From the NCBI GenBank assembly GCA_965218425.1, contig OZ244621.1, forward strand, positions 608,001 through 672,000: DNA of 64,000 nucleotides, given 5' to 3'. Source of the stretch: an uncultured Candidatus Binatia bacterium. Its GTDB lineage: Bacteria > Desulfobacterota > Binatia > UBA9968 > CAXXLF01. This document shows positions 42,748 to 52,169 of this stretch, in pieces. The position numbers and the translations under genes are program-made. A model generated the notes under the pieces. That model did not search any database and was not told the DNA's origin. It saw only the letters and a program-made list of their open reading frames with translations. The stretch's first letter is position 1, and every line of letters starts with the position of its first letter.

Positions 42748-43068
42748 ATGAAGCAAAAAATCGGCACGCTTATCGAAGAGGACATTATGAGACAAGCCAA
42801 GCGGCGGGCGGCCGGGGAGGGGCGGTCTCTGAGCGACCTCATCCAGGACGCTCTCTTGCAATACCTCCATAAAGAGGCGGCGGCCCCAAAGGAACGGAAG
42901 ATGGCCTATCATCTCTTTTGCGAGCGCCCGATGAAGATACCTCAGGAAGAGCTCCAACACGTGCTGGAAGAAGATACGTGGGACTTAGGCCCGAAGCAGC
43001 TTGAGCAAAGAGACGTCCCGATCCAAGATCCGTTCGGGAAAACGAGAAGGATCACTCTGAAAGACTGA
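42748..43068 (+). CDS. Ribbon-helix-helix antitoxin-like protein
   Basis: KQKIGTLIEEDIMRQAKRRAA.EGRSLSDLIQDAL; directly upstream of a PIN gene. Confidence 0.75.
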   Translation: MKQKIGTLIEEDIMRQAKRRAAGEGRSLSDLIQDALLQYLHKEAAAPKERKMAYHLFCERPMKIPQEELQHVLEEDTWDLGPKQLEQRDVPIQDPFGKTRRITLKD

Positions 43069-43077
43069 AATGACGCT

Positions 43078-43596
43078 ATGAACCTCGACGACATCCCTAG
43101 CGGGAGCCTTTGCGTGCTCGACAGTAATATCCTGATCTACGCGGAACAAGGCGCCTCCATGCAGGCGCAGCGTCTCCTGCGCCGCATTGAAGAACGCGAC
43201 CTGAACGGAGTATTGCCGCAGCCGGTTTGGCAGGAAACCATGCACAGACTGATGGTAACCGAAGCTATCATGGTTGGGCAAATCCGTGGCCCCAATCCCG
43301 CTCGACAGCTTTCTCGGAAGCCGGATGCGGTGAAACAACTGACGCTCTACAAGGAAAAGATAAGGGCATTGATAACTCTAGGCCTTGGCTTTGAGCCGTG
43401 TCAGGAGAGCGATCTTTTAACCGAAGCGCTTGAGATCCAGGATCGGTACGGGCTGCTCACGAACGACTCCTTGATCGCGGCAATGGCGCTGCGACTGGAG
43501 GCGGACGCGTTGGCCTCCACGGACGCGGGGTTCGGAGGTATCAGGGAAATTATGGTCTATGTGCCCACGGATGTGAAGCTTCCTTCAAGATCATGA
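43078..43596 (+). CDS. PIN-domain (VapC-like) toxin
   Basis: LDSNILIY, E, LLTNDSLIAA, STDAGF. Confidence 0.9.
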   Translation: MNLDDIPSGSLCVLDSNILIYAEQGASMQAQRLLRRIEERDLNGVLPQPVWQETMHRLMVTEAIMVGQIRGPNPARQLSRKPDAVKQLTLYKEKIRALITLGLGFEPCQESDLLTEALEIQDRYGLLTNDSLIAAMALRLEADALASTDAGFGGIREIMVYVPTDVKLPSRS

Positions 43597-46500
43597 AATC
43601 AGAGTTTCAACAGACTACTAAGGAATCAAGGTCCGCAATGGCTCCGGCGGAATCCGAAGGCGACGGGACGCTGATGAAGCGTGCGATTGAGGTCGGGTTC
43701 CCTATCGTCGAGATCAACCGGCTTGCCGTTCCGGAGCGGAACTCCTTCAAACCCATTTATCAAATGCACAAGTGGTTCGCCCGTCGCGCCTCCTGCGTCT
43801 TCCGGGCCATTCTTCTGGGAACGCTTAAACCGGCGCACCAGCCGGATGGCGCCCCCACCGACCTCATGGCGGAGTTCTATAAAGACCACTCCGATGATCC
43901 CGATACTAAAGACAAAGTCATTCTTGATCCGTTCATGGGCGGCGGCACGACGGTCGTCGAGGCGCTCAGGCTTGGCTGCCGCGTCATCGGCATCGACCTG
44001 AACCCCGTTGCCTGGTTCATCGTCAAAACCGAGATCGAGCCCGTAGATCCGGATGCGTTACAGGCCGCCTTTGAGCGCCTGGGGGCGCGCCCTGTGGCAT
44101 GGAACGGCGGGTGGCCGCTCAAGGAAACGCTGCTGGGGCTATACCGGACCGAGGTTGCCGGCGGCATTGAAGCCGATGTGATCTACACCTTCTGGGTCAA
44201 GTCCGCCATCTGCACCGATGCTAACTGCCGCCGTGAGGTGCCTCTATTCAAAGACTATATTATCGCTCAAAAAGCCCCGAAGATCCGCTATCATCGGGAC
44301 GCCATCTGTCCCGCATGCAAGAAAACGTTCGATTGGGAAATCCAAGTTGCCTCCCTCATCGCCGAACCGGCACTCATGGTCAATGCACCGCGGGGAAGCG
44401 GGGGAGAGGGAAGGCCGGCGTCTCTGTGGAGCTACGCACACGAACCGCCGAAGCCCCCCAAACGCGGCAACCCATGGCAAACCGATGTGCCTTGCCCTCA
44501 CTGCCAACAATCCGTCCGCATGCAGGTGCCGAGCGCGCGGAAGGAAAGAAAATCAGTTTCCCTGACCGTCCTGCTTTGCCCTGCGTGCGAAGCCGTCTGG
44601 CAATGGCGCGGCTCATTGCCGGACGGTCCAATGGACTGCCCGGCTTGCCACCATTCCTATGATCCCCGCAAGGGTAACGTCCCCGAAAAAGGAAAATTCA
44701 AGTGTAGTTGCGGCCAGAAGGACGACATCATAGCGAGTATTCGCACGTTGCCCCAGGATCAGCGCCTGCCGGTCCGGCCATACGCGGTCCAGGCGTACCT
44801 AAAGCCTAGTGGACAGCAGGACTATGATGATGGCCAGTCAACATTTTTTGAAACTAATGAGCAGGAGCCGCCGAATCATACGGACGACGGGGTGCGCAGG
44901 GTAGAAACCGATGGCCTCTTGTTTCCTGACAACGGCAAGTTCTTCAAGCGTTTCACCGTTGCGGACACGCGGCAGCTACAACAAGTAGAAGCTCTATGGG
45001 AGGAACATAAGGAAAAGTTGCCGTACCCGAAGAGCGCAATCCCTGAAGGGTACAACACCAATCAAATGTTAAAGCATAACTACCGGAATTGGGCTGAGAT
45101 GTTTTCTCCTCGCCAGCTACTTGCCCTGAGCACGCTGCTCCAGGGGATAATGGAGGAAGAGGATGAAAAGCTAAAGGAAAAGTTACTTTGTTCCTTTTCG
45201 GGGTGTCTCGAACTAAACAACGTATTCACTCGATATATGGTCTCCCGTGAAACGGCAGGTGGCCAAACCGCCCAGGGCGTTTTTTCCCGCCATGATTTCC
45301 AACCTAAGACTACGATCACAGAAAACAACGCATTTGGCATAGTAAATATTGGGATGGGCTCCTTCACATCCAAATATTTTCTCGCGATTGATGGACTGAA
45401 ATATCACAATTCTTGCTGGGATTTCTACGATGACACTGATGCGAAAAAGAGAAAGAAGATTGTGGTAGATCAAATCAGTACACAGGAATTGCAGCTGGCC
45501 TGTCGGAGTATTCTCCAGACTGGCGATATGAGTGAGCGTGTGTCACATGTGATCACAGACCCACCCTACGTTGGAAACGTGAACTATTCCGAGCTGGCTG
45601 ACTTCTTTTATGTATGGCTACGTCTGGCTTTGAAGGACCGATATTTCCATTTTGCCCCTGAATATACTCCTAAAAACGGGGAGATAGTTGAAAACAAAAC
45701 TAGAGGAAAAACGAGAAAGGATTTCTTCGACGGGCTTATCGAAGCGTTCAAGCAAATCGGTAGCCAGATGCGTGACGAGGGAGTTTTGGTCTTTACTTTC
45801 CATCATACCGACCAGAAAGGCCTTGTTTGGCAAGGGTTGCTCGAATCTCTTTGCGAAGCTGGCTTTGAGATAGCCGCGGTCTACCCCATTCATGGAGAAT
45901 CGGAATCGTCTTTGCATCTTCAAAACAAAGCAAATGTCTCGTACGACCTGATCCACGTTTGCCGGAAACGAAGTGAGGATATCCCCGCGCGGTCATGGGC
46001 GGGTATCCGGATGGACATGCGGCGTCAGGCGCGGGAGGAATTACAGGCGATAGAGAAGGGCCGCTACGGCAATGAACCTCTGTCAGAGCCCGATGTCCGG
46101 CTTATCTGTATTGGCAAATGCCTGGAGCTCTACAGCACTCATTTCGGCAAGGTCCTTGACCACGAAGGCAAACCCCTCCCGCTTCACAAGGCCTTGCAAG
46201 ACATCTCGGCGACCGTGGACCAGTTGGTGACAAAGGATCGTCCATTGCCCTCTGAGTTGGAAGCCGTGGATGCCTTATCATACGTGTGGCTCAAGGTTCT
46301 AGCGCCGATTCGCAACGAGATCACCGTCGACGCGGTAAGCAAGGCCGCCCGCGTCATGCAGGTATCCGTAGAGGATCTCAAAGGCGCCGACCTGATTGTG
46401 CGCGGGCGTACGGGTCGCGGGCGGACCTATGAAGTGAAACAACCCGGTCAACGCCTGCCGGACTTGCTGCGGCAGTACCAGCCGGGGCAGAGAGTTCGAA

Positions 46501-46766
46501 CTACCCAGGGAGAGTTGTTCACTTCCGAAGGCGAAACGATCTTTTATGACATCAAATTGGTGGACCTACTCCATTTGGTTCTGGGGCTGGCGACCGCGGG
46601 AGAATCCGTCGTGCCTTGGCTGGATCGTTTCGGGGTATTGCGGCCCCAGCTCCGGGCCGCGCTTCGCTTTGCGCGAGACATACGATCGGACTGGAGGGAG
46701 CCGATTGATCGTGTGTTGGCGCTGATCGAAGGCGCGCCGCTTCTCCGGGCCATGGAGGACACCTGA
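43593..46766 (+). CDS. DUF1156-family adenine-specific DNA methylase with Zn-ribbon insert
   Basis: HKWFARR, DPFMGGGTT, DLNPVA, several CxxC, TDPPY...YSELADFFYVW, FTFHH. Confidence 0.92.
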   Translation: MKSEFQQTTKESRSAMAPAESEGDGTLMKRAIEVGFPIVEINRLAVPERNSFKPIYQMHKWFARRASCVFRAILLGTLKPAHQPDGAPTDLMAEFYKDHSDDPDTKDKVILDPFMGGGTTVVEALRLGCRVIGIDLNPVAWFIVKTEIEPVDPDALQAAFERLGARPVAWNGGWPLKETLLGLYRTEVAGGIEADVIYTFWVKSAICTDANCRREVPLFKDYIIAQKAPKIRYHRDAICPACKKTFDWEIQVASLIAEPALMVNAPRGSGGEGRPASLWSYAHEPPKPPKRGNPWQTDVPCPHCQQSVRMQVPSARKERKSVSLTVLLCPACEAVWQWRGSLPDGPMDCPACHHSYDPRKGNVPEKGKFKCSCGQKDDIIASIRTLPQDQRLPVRPYAVQAYLKPSGQQDYDDGQSTFFETNEQEPPNHTDDGVRRVETDGLLFPDNGKFFKRFTVADTRQLQQVEALWEEHKEKLPYPKSAIPEGYNTNQMLKHNYRNWAEMFSPRQLLALSTLLQGIMEEEDEKLKEKLLCSFSGCLELNNVFTRYMVSRETAGGQTAQGVFSRHDFQPKTTITENNAFGIVNIGMGSFTSKYFLAIDGLKYHNSCWDFYDDTDAKKRKKIVVDQISTQELQLACRSILQTGDMSERVSHVITDPPYVGNVNYSELADFFYVWLRLALKDRYFHFAPEYTPKNGEIVENKTRGKTRKDFFDGLIEAFKQIGSQMRDEGVLVFTFHHTDQKGLVWQGLLESLCEAGFEIAAVYPIHGESESSLHLQNKANVSYDLIHVCRKRSEDIPARSWAGIRMDMRRQAREELQAIEKGRYGNEPLSEPDVRLICIGKCLELYSTHFGKVLDHEGKPLPLHKALQDISATVDQLVTKDRPLPSELEAVDALSYVWLKVLAPIRNEITVDAVSKAARVMQVSVEDLKGADLIVRGRTGRGRTYEVKQPGQRLPDLLRQYQPGQRVRTTQGELFTSEGETIFYDIKLVDLLHLVLGLATAGESVVPWLDRFGVLRPQLRAALRFARDIRSDWREPIDRVLALIEGAPLLRAMEDT

Positions 46767-47197
46767 TGCCCGGGTATCGTCTGATCGAGGAGCGTATGCT
46801 GAAGCCTTCCAATCGCGACGGCATCGAGCAAAATCCTTATCGCATGGGCTTTCTTGATTACATGAGGGAGCTTCGCCAGGACCCTTTCCCGTTTCCTCCC
46901 GGTCACAAGGTTCGGGTCGAGGGGCTTGAGCACGCACTTCTTGCGGCAGGTGACAAGCTTGAAGAAGTAGAGCGTTTTATCCACGACGTCTTGGCCAGTC
47001 GAGCAAACGAGCTTTACTCTGTCGTGGGAAGTGATGTCCAGGTCATATTTCAGGATAAGCTTCAGAGGTCCGATGATTTTTGGGTCGAGGCCGGGCCCCG
47101 GCGGCATTTGAGCCTGCGCCCGATCTTCGGCACGCCCATCCGGCAAGAAGGACCAGGCGGGACGGAATTCTTTTTTGTGGGGTTTAATCTGACATGA
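46766..47197 (+). CDS. Hypothetical 143-aa component of the DUF499 operon
   Basis: Start/stop overlaps on both sides (TGATG, ATGA). Confidence 0.75.
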   Translation: MPGYRLIEERMLKPSNRDGIEQNPYRMGFLDYMRELRQDPFPFPPGHKVRVEGLEHALLAAGDKLEEVERFIHDVLASRANELYSVVGSDVQVIFQDKLQRSDDFWVEAGPRRHLSLRPIFGTPIRQEGPGGTEFFFVGFNLT

Positions 47198-49992
47198 GTG
47201 AGCAGACGGCTAGATACGAGCAGGTGCAAACGCCGATTGCGCCTAACGATAAGGTCCGAGTTCTCTCTCATCCCGAGTTGGGAATCGGCGAGGTACTGCG
47301 AGTGGCGGAGCAGGCCGGGTTCTATCAGGCGGACGTTGTTTTTGATACTCCTACCGGCCGGCGACTTGAAGCCTTCCCTATTGAACTGCTGGAGCGAACG
47401 GGTGATCTGTGGCAGAGGCTGAAGGAGGGCGCTTTCGACGACTCTACAGCCTACCGGATAAGACAGATCGCCGTAGATCTCGCCCACTCCAATTCGGGTG
47501 GGGAGCTTTCGGCCAGCCGCGTAAACCTTCTCCCTCACCAAATTCTGCTGGTCCATGACTTGGTCGCCATGGCCGAGCGGCGTCTTCTGGTTGCGGATGA
47601 GGTCGGACTGGGAAAAACCATCGAAACCGGCATGCTCCTTCGCGAGTTGAATGCCAGGGGCGAAGTCGACAGGGTTCTCATTGTGACTCCTGCGGGTTTG
47701 GTTAAAAACTGGCAAAACGAACTCCGCGAGTGTTTCCGTCTTCATTGCTCTATCCTCAGTCACGATTTCTATGATTACGGAACGGCTTCCTGGGAAAGCC
47801 ACCCCTGGGTTATTGCCTCTATTGATACCCTTAAGCAGCCGCGTAGAATGCAGCGGCTCCTCGGAGGGCCAAGGTGGGATGTGATCATTTTCGATGAGGC
47901 CCATCATTTGTCTCGAACGCGCACCGGAAAAAAGACCGTCACGACCCAGAACTACAAACTCGCCGAAACTCTGCGAAGCCACACGCGGGATCTGCTCTTT
48001 CTGTCAGCCACTCCCCATCAGGGCAATCCGTTCCAGTTCTGGTCATTGATCCAACTGCTCAACGACCAGCTCTTTAGCAATCCGGATGAGCTGAGTGAGC
48101 ACCGGGGCCTGCTGGCGCGCGTTATGATTCGACGGACCAAGCGGGAGGTGACTGACGCCGGAGGCAATCCGATCTTTCGGCGCCGCCAAGTTAATACGGA
48201 ACGCTTCCCTTTGGCCCCGCGCGAGCGTGAGTTCTACGACAGCCTAAGTGAATATTTGCGGGAAGGCTACGACGTCGCCGGTATAAATCAGTCGAGGACG
48301 ACTCGGCAGCAGCGGGCCATTGGTTTTGTCATGGCCACCTTCCAAAAGATCATGTCTTCGAGCCCGCGTGCGATTCGCCAAGCGCTCAGGCGCCGCCTCC
48401 TTGTCCTGCTGGTCCGAAAGCAGCTTGCGCTGGAAGCCAAACGCCGGTCTGGCGCGTCCAACAGTGATGCGATCCTCAAGATTCAAGACGAGATGCTCCA
48501 GGTGGCCCGGGCTATTCTCGGCGAACAGACCGCCGATAACTTGGACGGCGAAGCTTATGTTTTGCGTGTTCGACGCCGACTGCTAAAGCGGATGGACGAA
48601 AACTACGAGACGACTTCGTGGTCGCTCGACGGCGACGAAGAAGCGGAGGAAGGAGTATACGCTGACGCCGATATCCCCCAGGAGATCGAGAAGGTTCGGG
48701 AGTTGATCCAATTGGTTCCCAAAGGGACTGATCGTCGTTTCGATACGCTGGTGCAAGCAGTCAGCGAACTCTCCGAGAACAATTCTGACGAACGGTTCGT
48801 GATTTTTACTCAGTATCGCGACACGCTCGAATTCCTTTCTGAGGAATTGGGTAAAATCTATGGCTCGAATCGCATGGCACGAATTATCGGAGGCCCATTG
48901 GAAGACAAGGTCGCGGCTATGGAGTCATTTTGGGACCCGGATGGAGCCCGTTTTCTCATTAGCACCTCAGCCGGCGGCGAGGGGATAAATCTTCAAATCG
49001 GGCATATTGTTTTTAATTACGACCTTCCGTGGAATCCGATGGCCGTCGAGCAGCGTATCGGCCGAATTCACCGCTATGGACAGGAGGAGACGGTGCAGGT
49101 CTACAACTTGCTGGCACAGGACACCGTGGAAGAACATATCTACGGCCTGTTGGACCAAAAGCTTTTAGAGATTGCACGCTCCATCGGTAATACCGATTCA
49201 CAGGGGCGACCCCTCGAAGACTTTCGGAGCGATGTTCTGGGTTATCTTGGAAGCCGTCCGGACTATCAGGACTTGTACAAGCGTGCTCTGGTCAACCGCG
49301 ACTACAGGCACACGGATGCTGAACTTCAACGCATGATTCAAGAAGCGCTGCGCGCTCGCGAAGCGCTGGACCGATTGGCCCAGGATTTAGGGCATTTTAA
49401 TCTCGAGCACTATCGAACGTTGGAGGGACGGTATTCTCTGGGGGAGCTTGGCGAGTGGGTCCGGGCGGCCATCCTAAACCTCGGCGGCGGCGCCGTTCCA
49501 ACGGGCGAATTCTGGACCTTAATTTGTCCCGACTCGTTGCAGCGTAACTACCGTCTGCTTCCAAGATACGAGAGAGTTTGTTTTGACCGGGACATCGCGC
49601 TCCGCAATCGCGGCTGCGAACTCGGAGGGATCGGACACCCGTTAGTGGACGCTCTCCTCGCGGAAACTCGATCCCCAACCTTGGCGGGTGAAGTCGGGGA
49701 CCTAGGGACGGGAGCTCTGTGTGCTCGTTATCTCGTGCGCCGCCGTGATGAACGAGGTCTCATCCAGAGTCGTGTGATTACCTTGACGTACCAACCCACC
49801 ACCGGGGAGGTCCAAACGCTCCCGCACTTCCCAACAGATGAGGGGTCTAGCTCTGACAATAATGGAGATGGGGATCTTGCCCAGGCTCGCTCAGCAATTG
49901 AAAGCGCATTGGAAACCGAAATCAATAGCTGGCTCCCCAGTCGGCAGTCCCGGATTGGTTTGAATATCTCCCTGGTCGGTCTGCACTGGTGA
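47194..49992 (+). CDS. SNF2/RapA-like helicase
   Basis: LPHQ, ADEVGLGKT, DEAH, SATP, IFTQYRDT, GGEGINLQ, PWNP..EQRIGRIHR. Confidence 0.95.
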   Translation: MSEQTARYEQVQTPIAPNDKVRVLSHPELGIGEVLRVAEQAGFYQADVVFDTPTGRRLEAFPIELLERTGDLWQRLKEGAFDDSTAYRIRQIAVDLAHSNSGGELSASRVNLLPHQILLVHDLVAMAERRLLVADEVGLGKTIETGMLLRELNARGEVDRVLIVTPAGLVKNWQNELRECFRLHCSILSHDFYDYGTASWESHPWVIASIDTLKQPRRMQRLLGGPRWDVIIFDEAHHLSRTRTGKKTVTTQNYKLAETLRSHTRDLLFLSATPHQGNPFQFWSLIQLLNDQLFSNPDELSEHRGLLARVMIRRTKREVTDAGGNPIFRRRQVNTERFPLAPREREFYDSLSEYLREGYDVAGINQSRTTRQQRAIGFVMATFQKIMSSSPRAIRQALRRRLLVLLVRKQLALEAKRRSGASNSDAILKIQDEMLQVARAILGEQTADNLDGEAYVLRVRRRLLKRMDENYETTSWSLDGDEEAEEGVYADADIPQEIEKVRELIQLVPKGTDRRFDTLVQAVSELSENNSDERFVIFTQYRDTLEFLSEELGKIYGSNRMARIIGGPLEDKVAAMESFWDPDGARFLISTSAGGEGINLQIGHIVFNYDLPWNPMAVEQRIGRIHRYGQEETVQVYNLLAQDTVEEHIYGLLDQKLLEIARSIGNTDSQGRPLEDFRSDVLGYLGSRPDYQDLYKRALVNRDYRHTDAELQRMIQEALRAREALDRLAQDLGHFNLEHYRTLEGRYSLGELGEWVRAAILNLGGGAVPTGEFWTLICPDSLQRNYRLLPRYERVCFDRDIALRNRGCELGGIGHPLVDALLAETRSPTLAGEVGDLGTGALCARYLVRRRDERGLIQSRVITLTYQPTTGEVQTLPHFPTDEGSSSDNNGDGDLAQARSAIESALETEINSWLPSRQSRIGLNISLVGLHW

Positions 49993-50043
49993 AGACGTTA
50001 CGAGGCCAAGCTGGGGGAACGACAATAACGGACAGTAACCGAT

Positions 50044-50236
50044 GTCAGGTAACATGAAAAAGGGGTCAAGCTCCAGTAGGACGGTGGTTGTAACGGCCAT
50101 CAAACCTGAAAGGAGAAAACCCCATGCTTTGGTGGACCGCGTCCAAGTGGACAGGATATTCCAAGAGCGAATTGGTACAATACAGGCTGGAATCCGAAAG
50201 GGAAGGAAACCCGGAACAGCAAAAAGGCAAGTATGG
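50044..50236 (+). mobile_element. Repeat family X, copy A: IS110 left end + ATG fused to the RAYT-like 3' end
   Basis: GTCAGGTAACATGAAAAAGGGGTCAAGCTCCAG...GAAAGGAGAAAACCCCATGCTTT followed by the X core. Confidence 0.75.
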
Positions 50237-50333
50237 CTCCAATTATGAAAGACCCAAGAAAATATTGCATCCACGCAACGGGGCTCGGAGACTTTTTGCC
50301 TTGCTTTACAATCCAGCAGAATAGGCGACCAGG

Positions 50334-52169
50334 ATGAAGTTCCAAACTAGCGACAACCTAATCTCCTTACTTGTTGGCCAAAACCTCTACTCAAGCGGGG
50401 ATGCCGCTCTCCGCGAGTTGCTTCAGAACTCTGAAGACGCGTGCAATCTTATGGCACTAACTGATCCGACCTTTGAGCCCCAAATCAATATTCGATACTC
50501 GGCCGGTAAGAATTATTTTGAAATCGACGACAATGGTTTGGGAATGGATGAAGAAATATTTAAAGAAAGTTTTGTGACTATAGGAGCCTCCAAAACCAAT
50601 TCAACCAAACTAAAAGCGTTGCTAGAACGGGCAGGTGGAACTGTACGTCCGATCGGCCAGTACGGCATAGGTATCTTAAGTTGCTTTGGGGTGTCAGAGA
50701 CCGTTCAAATCCTCACGCTAGCTGAAGGAGCCGACCCTCTATCGTATAACATTCCAGACTTACGTGGCGACTTCAGTACGCTAGATGAATACAGGAATCA
50801 GCGAGGGACAACAGTACGACTGTATTTGAAGCCAAATGGACCGATGTCGGCGCGCGATATTCCCGGAGCTGTATCCCGCTACGTTCGACATGCAACTAAC
50901 ATCTGGATAGAAGACCTAGACAACCGTCAGCGAACGCCTGTTTCGGAACAATGGTTGGTAGATTCAACGGATGAACCAACCGTATTGACAACTGATACGA
51001 TTCTGAAGGGTCGCCTCGAGCTAAGCGCTGGCTGGGAAAATATAAACCAAGGATTAGACGACCAGATCACTCTTTGCAACGGTGGCTTCTTAGTCACGGA
51101 GAATGCTCGCGACATGTTGCCCGATTACTCTGTTGGATTTCGTGGAGAAATTGACATCCGTCCTGGCAGCATGACGATACTATTGAATCGCGAAGGATTT
51201 CAAAAAGATCAATTCTGGCAACAATTTTGCGTATCAGTGAAGCTACACTATCAGTGTCTTGTCGAGCGAAAACTTGACTCTTGGCTGAACGACCCATCAG
51301 CGACTGATTTTTCCTTAGACAAGAAGCGTGCAATTCAACGAATTATATTGTTGATACTGTTTTCTCCATTGGGAGAAGTTGTGGGCGAAGCGAATATGGA
51401 AAAGGCGCGCCTGCTATTACCACTAGCTTTACACAACATTGAAAAGGACTACCGTAGTGTTAAACAAGTGATTGCTGCCGCGCAGCATAAGCCGCCTCTA
51501 TACGTTTATCGAACCGATGATGATCAAGTCCTGAACAAATCGCTCAATGACGGGAGTCAAAATATTCAGCTCTCAGCTCCAATTCGAAGTTTGGATTTGC
51601 GCACCACGTTGCTACGCTTGAACGGCTTTGTTGTTGTTGAGGCGGAAAATCACAGCTATTCAGTTTTTCATAATGGGAGAAATAGAAATGTAGATATCAA
51701 CGACATTCAAGCGTTAGAGCTGTTTGCTTCCGCTCGCGGACTTCTAATTGGTTTGGTTAGGGATGCCCCGGTTGACCATACGCGAATTGGTACATCATTT
51801 GATGCACAGGAGATAACCAGAATATTTGAATTAACGTCAGATCTCAAATTCCAGTCAGTTGACGCTATAGCAGACGCCGTAATTGCGGACTTCAACGGAT
51901 ATATTCTAAACTCAAGGAACGAGGAAATTCGACGTATTTTGTCAGTCATCCCGGACGCAATTGGTAATCCTATTCGAAAGAATTTAATCAGCGCATACCT
52001 TTCGCTTTCTGTGTACGACGTAGCGCGGTCACGACAAACACTTTACGAGTTGATTGTTGATGAAGAATTTCAATTGAAGGCTCGCCAAGAGACGGGCAAA
52101 TATTTTCGACTGTATTTAGCGGATAAGATAAGGAATCTGTTGGAAGCCGAAGGAGGGAAAAATGTCTAA
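50334..52169 (+). CDS. HSP90/HtpG-like GHKL ATPase with an unrecognised C-terminal region
   Basis: LYS..AALRELLQNSEDA, DNGLGM, IGQYGIGILSCF, GTTVRL, middle-domain LNREG. Confidence 0.85.
   Translation: MKFQTSDNLISLLVGQNLYSSGDAALRELLQNSEDACNLMALTDPTFEPQINIRYSAGKNYFEIDDNGLGMDEEIFKESFVTIGASKTNSTKLKALLERAGGTVRPIGQYGIGILSCFGVSETVQILTLAEGADPLSYNIPDLRGDFSTLDEYRNQRGTTVRLYLKPNGPMSARDIPGAVSRYVRHATNIWIEDLDNRQRTPVSEQWLVDSTDEPTVLTTDTILKGRLELSAGWENINQGLDDQITLCNGGFLVTENARDMLPDYSVGFRGEIDIRPGSMTILLNREGFQKDQFWQQFCVSVKLHYQCLVERKLDSWLNDPSATDFSLDKKRAIQRIILLILFSPLGEVVGEANMEKARLLLPLALHNIEKDYRSVKQVIAAAQHKPPLYVYRTDDDQVLNKSLNDGSQNIQLSAPIRSLDLRTTLLRLNGFVVVEAENHSYSVFHNGRNRNVDINDIQALELFASARGLLIGLVRDAPVDHTRIGTSFDAQEITRIFELTSDLKFQSVDAIADAVIADFNGYILNSRNEEIRRILSVIPDAIGNPIRKNLISAYLSLSVYDVARSRQTLYELIVDEEFQLKARQETGKYFRLYLADKIRNLLEAEGGKNV

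Noticed and set aside
50334..52169. Calling this gene housekeeping htpG
   Set aside because: The C-terminal half lacks recognisable HtpG features, the composition is foreign, and it overlaps a SIR2 gene.
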